A DNA stretch of 64,000 bases from Sphaerodactylus townsendi (lineage: Eukaryota): NCBI RefSeq assembly GCF_021028975.2, contig NC_059435.1:78368001-78432000 (forward strand), written 5' to 3'. Each line of letters begins with the position of its first letter. Position 1 is the first letter of the stretch. Positions 51,966-62,036 of this stretch are shown here, in pieces. The notes below the pieces were generated by a model that saw only the letters and a list, made by a program, of their open reading frames with translations, had not been told where the DNA came from and made no database searches. The position numbers and the translations under genes are program-made.

Positions 51966-54019
51966 GCTTGTGGGGAGCCCCCCTCTCCCGGCACCAGGAC
52001 TCTCTGTGGCTCCCTCTCCCTCCTGGAAACTGGCACTGGATTTGCGGGGGTGGGGGGATGGGTTTGGTTTGGAATAAAGCAATTCCGTGGCCTGGGTTTC
52101 TTGCTTGGCGTGGACTCCCCCGTGTGTCCCAGCCCCCCTCTGTCCAGACAGGCCCGGGCTCAGCTCCACGCATCTCGGGTACCACAACCAACACTGACTG
52201 CTGGCCCCAGCTTGGGCTGCCCCCCCTCCCCCCGAAAACCTGAGGTTTGCTCCAGGAACTTTTAAGCCAACCTTTGGGGTTAGATGGGTGCAGCTCTGGA
52301 GAAAAACGGGTGCTTCTTGAGCTCCTTTGCAGCTGGCCCTGAAGCCACCGTGGCTCGGCACCAGAGGAGAGGCAGCCCCTGGCTGTTGGGGTGGCAGCTG
52401 GCCCTTCCTCACGGCCTCCTCTGGCATAGAAACAACAGCCTTGCCTGGAACCCCCCCCCCCCCATACCTGTTATATAAGAAAACTAAGAGTGAAAGCGTA
52501 GCCGGGGGGGGGGGGTTGCGTGCCCAATTCGGGCCCAGTTCCAGGCCATGAGTTCCCCTGTGGATGACGGGGCGCTCTCAGTGCTTTGGTGGCGTCCAAC
52601 CTGTCAGGACTGTCTTAGGGATTCTGGTCTGGGAGCAGGTGAGGAGGTGTGTCACCTCTACAGAATGATGTGCAGGTAGACAAGACCAGGAGCCCAAGAT
52701 GTGGCCTGCCCCGTTTCTGGGCGACTGCGGCCTCATCCCCACTGCCTGGCCACCTGCAACAGGGCTGTTCCAGGGGTCTCTCTTACTCTGGTGTGTCCCC
52801 TTCCTCATTTTGCCAGTTCCACTGACCACGAGGGGGGAGGGGCCTCTAGTCAGTCAGAGTGGCCCCCGCCCCTCGGTGACCATGGCAACATGACGGAGGT
52901 TAACCCTTGCCGCCGTCACTTCTTTTGGCAGGGCGCTGCTGCTAAGCAACCTTGAGGGGCCTTTGGGTGGAGGGCAGGAAGAGACACGGAGGACTCGGAG
53001 GCTCTCTTGGGCCTGCCCTTGAAGCGAAGGCAGCTCTCCCAGCCAGCCTCCCACGGGCAGAAGAGGCGGCTGAGGGGCAGCAGGGGGCAGAGAAAGGATG
53101 GGGGCAGCCCTGAACATGCTGCAGCGCAGGAGCACAGAAGGCTAAACTGCGTGCAGCTGTCTGGGGCCTCCAGGCAAAGCCTTGTGGATGCCAACTGTCC
53201 AAGAGGCTGGGCCTCTTCCCCTTGGAGGGGGGGGGGGTTGGAGCTGGTCCCTTGTTCCTTTCATGCAGGGCCAGAGGTGCAGAACAGAGCAGCCGGCGTC
53301 CCCAACCCCAGGGCGGCTTCCTCAAGAGTTTGTACAACCCACTCAGCCCGTATCCTGCTAGGAAAGGCCGGTGGCTGCAGGCTGCTCAGAAACACACTCG
53401 GGACAGATGCTTCGGCACACAGGCAGCGCAGTTGAACAGGAACAGGGAGAGGAGCAGTGGTGGCTGGCCGGATCCATACCCCCTGAGCAGACATCTGACT
53501 GAACTCTGGCATCCCTGCAGTTGTGGTTTCTGGGGAAAGGGACCATGTATACACCCCCCTCCACCTCGGTGCAGAGCCAGGACAGGCGGGTGGGGCTCAG
53601 CGAACATCAGCACCGTGCCAAGGGAGGAATCTGGTCATCCTGTCCAGCTAGGGTGCCCCTCCCTCGCCCCATGGTGCCTGCGGGCTGTGGTCCAGGAGAG
53701 CGCTGGGCAGGAGGAAGGAGGGCAGGCTTCCCAGATAGTCGCGACGTTTGCAGGCATGGGTGGGAGCTTAGGGCTTTGCTCCCTCAATCTTTTGTTCCCA
53801 TCCCTGCCACCCCCAACACACACAGCCTGCTTTTTCTGCCATCGCCTCTGCCTTGCATTCGGCCAGATTTTGCTGCCAGAAAACAAAGCCAGTTGCGCTA
53901 GCTATGTGCGTGCGTCAAGCTGCATCCAGCTTTCTGGGGCTTTGATAACCGTTCAGTACCTTTAGGGAAACGATCCCATTCTTGGTGAGGAAGCTGAGCT
54001 ATTTCAGGACGTGGCAGGT

Positions 54020-55667
54020 TTTAAATGTCCCTACTGGCTCTGGGTAAAAATTAAGGGGCAGAAAAACAACAGTGATCTCATTGTGGGGGTCTATTACAGA
54101 CCCCCAAGCCAGACTGAAGAGTTGGTTGATGCCTTCCTGGAGCAGATGTAATAGTAGTCATGGGAGATTTCAATTACCCAGATACTTGCTGGGAGTCAAA
54201 CTCTGCCAAGACTACCAGGTCCAACAGTTTCCTCACTTGCCTTGCAGACAGTTTCATGGTCCAGAAGGTGGATGAGGCAACAAGGGGACCGGCTATTTCA
54301 GATCTGCTCCTAACCAACGATAACCTGATTAATGGGGTGGAAGCGGCAGGGACCTTCGGTGGGGGTGGCCACATTCTCCTGGAGATTTTAGTAAGGCTTT
54401 TGACAAGGTGGCCCATGATATTCTTGCAAGTAAGCTGGAAAGATGTGGACTAGACAATGCATCTGTTTTCAGTGGTGGCGAACCTTTGGCACTCCAGATG
54501 TTATGGGCTACAATTCCCATCAGCCCCTGCTAGCATGGCCAATTGCTGGTGCAGGGGCTGATGGGAATTGTATTCCATGCTGACAGGGGCTGATGGGAAT
54601 TGTATTCCATAACATCTGGAGTGCCAAAGGTTTGCCACCACGGCATTAGATGGATTTGTAACTGGTTGGCTGGTTGAACCCAAAGGGTGCTCAGCAGTGG
54701 CTCATCCTCATCCTGGAGAGAAGTGACTAGTGGGGTGCCATAGGGTTCCTGGGCCCAGTGCTATTCAATATTTTTATCAACGACTTGGATGATGGAATAG
54801 AGGGCATCCTAATCAAATTTGCACGATATCAAATTAGGAGGGGTAGCTAATACCCTGGAGGACAGGGGCGGATTCAAAATGACCAGGACAGATTAGAGAG
54901 CTGGGCCAAAACAAACAAAATGGACGTCAATAGAGATAAATGTAAGATTCAACACTTAGGCAGAAAAAATGAAATGCACAGATATAGGATGGGTGACACC
55001 TGGCGTTTGACAACGGTGCACGTGAAAGGGATCCGGGAGTCTGAATATGAGTCAGCAGTGTGATATGGCAGCCAAGAAAGCCAATGCAATTCTGGGATGC
55101 ATCAATAATAGTGTCTAGATTGAGGGGAGTAATTGTACCACTATTCTGCATTGGTCAGACCTCATTTGGAATACTATGTCCAGTTCTGGGCACCACAATT
55201 CAAGAAGGACATTGACAAGCTGGAACGGGTCCAGAGGAGGGCGACCAAAATGGTCAAAGGTCTGGAATCCATGCCCTGCGAGGAGAGACTTAGGGAGCTG
55301 GGTGTGTTTAGTCTGGAGAAGAGAAGGTTAAGGGATTGACATAATAGTCATGTCTAAACATCTGAAGGGATGTCATGTCAAAGCGGGAGCAAGCTTGTTT
55401 TCTGCTGCTCCAGAGACCGGGACCAGGAGTAATGGATTCAAGAGATTCCACCTCAACATTAGGAAGAACTTTTTGACTGCCAGCGCTGTTAGACAGAGGG
55501 ATACGCTGGCTCGTAGAGTAGTGAAGTCCCCTTCTTTGGAGGTTTTTAAACAGAGTCTGAATGATCACGCGCTGGGAGTGCTTTGTGGATTCCTGCATGA
55601 CTGGGGGTTGGACTTGATGGCCCTTGGGGTCTCTTCAAACTCTATGATTCTATTCTATGATTCTGTG
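54020..55667 (+). mobile_element. Deleted CR1 LINE (endonuclease, RT and 3' end pieces)
   Basis: [59 protein letters not shown]; (ATTCTATG)n tail. Confidence 0.88.
54470..54643. mobile_element. hAT-type MITE nested in CR1
   Basis: Foldback with an internal duplication, interrupting CR1 sequence. Confidence 0.85.
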
Positions 55668-55961
55668 ACTCCTTGGATGAAGGAAAATGTTTATTGAAGA
55701 GACTCAGGATTAATGATTACGACCTGAAGCTAAGAAGATTTTATAAAAGGTTTATAAAAGGCCAAACAGTGAAACCGGTAAAAGGGGAACTTTGTGGAGG
55801 TGCGGACTGTTCCTTTCCCCTGTGAAGTGAGGCCAGAGAAGGGAGATGTAACCTGAGTAAACCCGTGCCCCCTCCCCCTCCCCTCCTTTTGAGTGAGGTC
55901 AGACCTAGGAAGGGGGGGGGTTATAGCACGCACACACATACAGGGTCTCCCCCCCCCCCGT

Positions 55962-57169
55962 TCACAGCTCCTCATCCTGCCGCCTCTTTTCGAAGAAAGC
56001 GCAGAACGCCTCGCGGATGCTGTGTGCCGCCCCAGTCTCTTCCGTGTCCGCAAAGCTGCCGGGGCTCTCGGAGGCTGCGGAGGGCAGGTCCGTGTAGTCC
56101 AGGCCCTCCTCCCACCCGTCTTGCATGGCCTCGTTGCGGCTCTCGCAGATGTTGTGCAGGATGCAGCAGGCGACGATCACGAGCGGGACGTTCTTCTCGG
56201 CCACGTCCAGGCGCTTGAGGAGGCACCGCCAGCGGCCTTTCAGCCTCTCAAAGGCGTAGGTCACGGCCATGCGGCACTTGCTCAAGACGGCGTTGAAGTG
56301 CTGCCTGGGCCCGCTGCTGCCGGCGTTGGGGTAGGGCTTCATCAGCCACGGCCTCAGGGGACAAGCGGGCCCTCCCAGCAGCACAGGGCGGATGGCTACC
56401 CCTTCGATCTCCCGGGTGGTCTGAGGACCAAAAGTCCCTTTCTCCATCCGCTCAAAGATGGGGGAGCCCCACGGCAGCCCAGAATCCTGCATCCCGCCGG
56501 ACCACCCCGTGTACACGTCCATGAACCGGCCAGCGCTGTCCACCAGGGCCTGCAGAACCATAGAGACCAAGCCTTTCCCGTTGATGTAGGCGGAGGCTCC
56601 GTGCGGGGAACACAGGATGGGAATGTGGGTCTCGTCCACCACCCCGAGGCAGTTGGGGAAGCCGACCCTTTCGAAGCCTTCCACGACGGCTCGCGCGTCT
56701 CCCAGCTGGACGACCTGCCGCAGCAGAACGTCATGAATCGCCTCGCACACCTCCATCACGATGACCGACGCGGTGGACACCCCGACGCCAAACTGGTTGG
56801 CGACAGATCTGTAGCTGTCCGAGGTGGCAAGCTTCCAGAGCGTCAGGGCGACGCGCTTGTCCACGGGGATGGCGGCGCGCATGTTGGTGTCCTCGCGCTG
56901 GAGCACAGGCCGCAGCTCCTCCACCAGCTCCAGCACCGCTTCCCGGGACATGCGGAAGTGCCGCACCCACGCGCCCTCGTCAGGCTGGCCGGCGAGCAGC
57001 TTGTCCCACCAGTCTGTCCTCCGGGTCTTGCTCCATACCGTCCGGTCGTTGGGGCGGTAGCTGGCCCCTAGCAGCAGCCGAGCCATCGCCGCCCGCTGCC
57101 TCCTGCGCCTCAAGCGGAGGTCACGCATACGCTTTGCCGAGGAGCTGGGCGCCTTCCCCGGGTGCCAGG
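55962..57169 (-). CDS. Harbinger/PIF transposase-derived (HARBI1-like, DDE_Tnp_4-type) exon
   Basis: [121 protein letters not shown]; strong acceptor with a CTGAC branch point. Confidence 0.93.
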
Positions 57170-57559
57170 CTGAGAGGCAGAAAGCAACCGAAGGGTCAGT
57201 CATTCAGCCACCTTTTTCTTTCAACATCCCCTTGCTGTGTGCGTTTCCCCCCGTAATCCGTTCTGCCCTTTTCCCACCTCATTTCTGAATCCAATGACTC
57301 TCCTCCCCGCCCAATAATAAACTTTTTTACAAATACATTTTGTGGCTTTACTTGGTAGAATTTACTCCTCTGGGATATTTCTCGACCCTCTGTGCTAGAC
57401 AGCACGGGAGCTACACAGCTAGTTATAAGGTATTTTCTAGGGTTTCTGTTCTGTCAGCTAGAAGGATATCTTCCCAGCAGTCTAGATGTTCTCAGGGGAT
57501 TCCTGAGTTGTGATGGCTGGTTACCAGGGTGCTTTCCAGGAAATCCTTGTTCTAAGGGA

Positions 57560-57607
<48 letters not shown>

Positions 57608-60600
57608 ACACACACACACACACCCCCCGCCTCCGGGCACATTCAGGTGTTCCTACTGTCTATCTATGCAGGACAAAAGGCAGCAAGGCAGACCGGCACA
57701 CCCAGGATCCCCAAAAGCAAACCTCCGAAGGAAGCAAACTTTCCCCCCTCCAACACAGTAAAAATGTGCAAGCAGCGTTGTGATGCGCTGCAGGAAGAAA
57801 CAAGCAGAGGCTTTTTCTGGAAGGAAATGGACGCATGCGTCAGAGGCCCTGGGAATTCGGTGCAGAGCCCTCGTTCCCAAGGAGGAAGGCCTGGGGGTGC
57901 AGAGTGAGGCTGCCCTGGGATCCCCCCTCCTTCTCCCCGCCCTGCCCCACACAAGCCTGAGCACAGCTGATGCCGCTTCTATCAAGGCCCGGCCACGACT
58001 CAGGCCTCCTGAGAGCCACTTACTGGGAGTGCTCTCCTGTGCTGCGGTGCTGGCCGGGCACTCGGGAGCCATGGAAGCGAGCTCTTGCCAGAGGCTGCTG
58101 GCAGCAGACAGCCCGTTGATGGGAGCCAGCAGCATTTCTTGGTGCTGGAGGCAGCTGGATACAGCAGAGGCATCTGGGTCTGGGAGCGGCAGCGGGAAGT
58201 CAGGGAGACCCACGGCCCAGGGGAGTGAGGATTCACTCTTCCTCGGCAGCTGGGAGCTGGGAGCCACCCTCACAGGGGCCGCCACGGGGTCTGGTTTGGG
58301 CAGAGGCCCCTTGCAATCTGGAGCGCTCCCCGCCTGGCTGTAATGCTCCTGGCCAGGTCCGGGGCCCTGGCAGCCGTGGAGCCCCAGGGTGCGGATGTAG
58401 CGCTCCTGGTCCGGGAGAGGCAGCTGGTGGAAGTCAGAGCTGCGGGAGGGCAGCATGAGGACGAACGGCGGCTCGCCAGGCAGCTGCTCCCTCCGGCTCC
58501 TGCCCTTCCGGCCCTTCTGCCTGGCGCGGCTGGCACAGACCTTGGGGATCACCAGTCCCCGGCTGGTCGTCAGGAAGCGGTCCAGGAGGGCGAAGAAGGG
58601 CATGGTCTGCCGCGCGCGGTTGGAGTGCAGGTGGCCGTCCTGGATCTCCTTGAAGCCCCTGCGCAGGTCTTTGGCCCGCTGCCGGCACTGCTCCAGGTTG
58701 CGCTGGAAGCCCAGCTTCCCCAGATTGTCCGACAGGCGCTTGTACTGCACCTCGTTGCGGTAGTTGTCGTAGAGCGCCGTCTGGACGTGGTCGTCCCCCC
58801 AGAGCTCCACAAAGGCTTTGGTCTCAGAGATCGTCCAGTGAGCCGCCCGCTGACGGACCTGGTCCAGGGCTTTCTGGTGGCTGCAGACACAAAAAGGGAG
58901 AGCAGGCCGCCCCCGGGCAGTTCAGACCACCTGGCCAGAGGAGCTCTGCTGTGTGTCCTGGGGAAGGGGCGATGGCTACGATGCCTCTTTGCCATGTGAT
59001 ACCAGGGGGTTGGAAGGGCAGCATTCCCCCCCCCCCCGCCTGCCCCTGCTCTATTTTGCAGCCAAGCGAGGGGTGGGGGCTGCAGCCATGGCCTCCTCTG
59101 GCACGGACAACCCTCCTCTGTTCATATAGAATTAAACTCCCCTCACACAGAACACACAGAGCAGTTTCCTTCTCAGATTTGTTCCCCAAGCTTGACGAGT
59201 GTTACAGCGTGACGTGTGGCCAGTCTGAGAAGCAGGCAAGCGGGACTGAAAGCCACCCCTCTGCCCCATTGCTCGTCTCAAACATCTTTTATTCAGAGGT
59301 AGACCTGCCTCTGGCTATGAAGGGTCCAATTACCTTCTATAGACCGACCCACCTGGATTTTCTACCCTGGGTCTACAAGCTAACCCCCGTGTACGCCTGT
59401 GGCTTAACCCTAACCCCCCCCCCCCCCCCCATACAACCCCTAAGAACCTAAGCACTAGCCTGCTGGATCAGACCAGAGTCCCTCTAGTCCAGCTCACTGC
59501 TACTCGCAGTGGCCCACCAGGTGCCTTTGGGAGCTCACAGGCAGGAGGTGAAAGCAATGGCCTTCTGCAGCTGCTGTTGCTCCCGAGCACCTGGTCTGCG
59601 AGTAATGTGCCCTGTCCTTCACCTTCAGACGCTTCTTAAAGACTCCCCGAAATCCCCCATCTGCAGCCCTGCCCCACTCCTCTCACCTGTAGTCCGCACC
59701 GTCCGGCTGGCCAAAGGGCAGGGAGCCGTGGAGGAGGGCGTCGGGCTTCTGGTCCACAGCGAGGGGCCTCCTGCAGCTGCAGCTGAGGCACTTGAAGAGC
59801 TTCCCGAGGGCCAGCTGCCCACGGATCCGCCCCGCCTCCTGCTCCTCGTAGGCAAAGCTGCTCCGGCAGTCGATGCAGGTGAAGAGCTGCTGCTGCTGCT
59901 GCTGCTGCTGCTCTGGCCGGTGAGAGTCCTGGTGGGCGGCCAGGTTTCCGGGTAGGATGCAAAGAACTTACGCCCACGCAGCTCGGTGGCAGGGCAGGCC
60001 TGCGCTTGCATGCCAAGAAGAGTGGGCCGCGACTGGAGCCGCGTGGGGAGGACGCAGCACCTCTCTCTCGGGGAAGCTCTGGCCGAAGTCCCGGCAGTCA
60101 TGGGGGGGTGCCCCCCTGGGGCTCCCCACCTTCTCTTCAGGCTGGATGCAAAACTTCGGGTTTTCTGGGGAAAGGACATGAACAACGGGGCAGTCAGTGG
60201 ACCCAGGATGGGCCGGAGGGAGAGCTGCGCCTGGACGTGACTTGCCAGGAACCCCCCCCCCCCGCTGTCCCCCCTGGGGCCCTGCAGTCTGCCCCACCCC
60301 TTGGTTCCATCCAGGGAATTTCTTTATGCTCCAGCATATGGCAAAGATGGCAGAGGAATCCCAGAGCTCCCAAGCAGTGGCTTTGCCCCAGTGGCCTTGC
60401 CAGCCCTTGGGTCTGACAACATGCCCCCCCCCCTGTCCCGACCTCTGATGCCCCATCTGACTGCCCTCCCCCCCCCGGTCATCTGCCCATCTGACACTCC
60501 CCAACATCTGTTTTGCCAGCCCTGGTTTTAATACTCTCAGGGGAGGAGTCAGCCTCAAGCAGGGTGCCCCGCCCACACCCCCGAGGCCCCCCCTTCCCTC

Positions 60601-62036
60601 TCTGCTGGGCTTCCACCGGTGATTCAGAGCTGCAGCCCCACAAGAACAGAAGGGAGGGGGTGGCAGACAGGGGGGGAATCTCTGAGCAGCCTGCCTGCGT
60701 TCTCCCACTGCCTGACAGGTTACAGCTGTTGCCGCCTCAAGGAAGAACAGCCTGCGGGTGGGGTGGGGTGGGGGGACTCTGGCATCAGCCTCGCCACAAG
60801 CCCCCAGCCTCACTCACCGGGGCAGGGGCCAGCAGGAGACCCCATCCGTGGTCCCTTGGAGTCCGTCTTCTTGCCGGCGGGCTCTGCTGTTCCTGGCTGA
60901 GCCCCCGCCTCCTCCGCCCGTGCAGCAGAGTCCCTGGAAACTGTTCCACACAAAGGAGGGGGGGGCTATCAGGGAGGAAGCGAAGCCGGCCCTTGAGCAC
61001 AACGCATGACACCCCTCCCCCCAAGAAAGCCTCTGTGGTCAAGGCTGGGACTCTGGTGATGCGTATGTAAGAGGAAGGGATTGGGGGGGGGGGGGGTTGG
61101 TGGTTGCCAGAGGGCCCCTCCCCCCGGTTGCTGTGACCTGTTTACCCATAAGTTGTCTTAGCCATATCAAGGAACAAGGTGTGGAAATGAAAGGTGGGCT
61201 GGCTCCTCTAGGCCAGTGGTGGCGAACCTTTGGCACTCCAGTTGTTGTGGACTACAATTCCCATCAGCCCCTGCCAGCATGGCCAATTGGCCATGCTGGA
61301 AGGGGCTGATGGGAATTGTAGTCCATAACATCTGGAGTGCCAAAGGTTTGCCACCACGGCTCTAGGCCAATCGCTGCTGGGTCCACAGAGCAGCCAGCCC
61401 ACAGGAAGGGACCCCCCCGCCCCTCCCCCAAGTCCAGAGGGGCTGCTCAGGAGGCAGCATTCCAACCGGCCGCCCTCAGCAACTGCCCCTGCGCCTCCCA
61501 AGGCGATGCAGGACCACGGAAGCTTCACTTACCACGGCGGTGGGCGAGGTTTTGGGGGGCAGCTTTCCTCTCCCTCCGCAGAAACCTCTTGGAAGGAGGG
61601 GCCTCCCCTCGAGCTATCCGGCCCAGGACCTCCGGCTGGTCATCACGCTCGGATACTGTTCAAGGGTGAGAGTGAAGGAAATTCAGCAGAGGGTGGAGAG
61701 GGTGCCCGTCCCTCCCCCTAGATTTAGCAGGAAAGAGGGGAAGAAGAGACCCCGCAGGAGCAGCAGAGGGGTCTCTCCCACCAGACGAGGCCAGGGCCAG
61801 AGCGGAAGGAGGAAGCAAGTCTTTGCCCTCCTGCTCCCCAAGGAACCGCCCAACCCCGGCCCAAACGCCACCTGGCCCAGCAGGGACCCAGCCAGGACTC
61901 TCCCCGCCCCCTCACCTAGGGAGCCCACCAGGGTGTGAGTCTCCTTCATCACATCCCAGTAAAGGGCCTTCTGCCAAGCGGTCAGCTCCGCCCACTCCTC
62001 TGGGGAGAAATAGACGGCCACGTCCTCAAACGTCAC
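55962..62036 (-). CDS. Predicted KRAB-C2H2-Myb/SANT-Harbinger DDE fusion gene; exons 61916-62036, 61533-61655, 60818-60940, 59687-60164, 58024-58880, 55962-57169; start exon not identified
   Basis: Six exons, all GT-AG, phases 1,1,1,2,1 compatible, 2910 nt in total. One in-frame TAA (59968-59970) lies inside an indel-damaged finger. Minus-strand AATAAA at 55690-55695. Confidence 0.75.
57563..57622. repeat. (CT)n(CA)n microsatellite
   Basis: Visible directly in the sequence. Confidence 0.95.
58024..58880 (-). CDS. Myb/SANT-like (trihelix, Harbinger ORF1-type) DNA-binding domain exon
   Basis: [24 protein letters not shown]....RN...Y..LS..L...[21 protein letters not shown]....G......[14 protein letters not shown], followed by a Pro/Ser-rich linker. 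Confidence 0.9.
59687..60164 (-). CDS. Degenerate C2H2 finger and polyQ exon of the fusion gene
   Basis: [10 protein letters not shown]; a damaged PCTECGK.F...[10 protein letters not shown]; (CAG)8 encoding Q8; [10 protein letters not shown]; FKCLSC; ends GADY-AG|GTGAG (phase 2). Confidence 0.7.
61214..61359. mobile_element. Palindromic hAT-type MITE
   Basis: Full foldback; perfect TSD CTCTAGGC. Confidence 0.9.
61533..62036 (-). CDS. KRAB-A (61916-62036) and KRAB-B-like (61533-61655) exons
   Basis: [33 protein letters not shown]; [14 protein letters not shown]. Confidence 0.88.

Noticed and set aside
55893-57071. 392-aa plus-strand ORF
   Set aside because: Antisense shadow of the HARBI1-like exon.
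55962-57203. Calling this the HARBI1 orthologue, or using the ATG at 57203
   Set aside because: The motifs resemble transposon-like Harbinger nucleases more than the conserved HARBI1 I recall, and that ATG sits in the branch-point/polypyrimidine region.
55962-58880. Active autonomous Harbinger transposon
   Set aside because: No TIRs or TSD found, catalytic residues replaced, and both ORFs begin at splice acceptors in phase with upstream host exons.
59402-59430. Telomere-like TAACCC repeats
   Set aside because: Only about two units running into a C homopolymer.
3005-61359. Recurrent [19 protein letters not shown]-type ORFs; CRISPR-like repeats
   Set aside because: Translations of dispersed MITEs with TSDs; no repeat-spacer array, and the DNA is eukaryotic.
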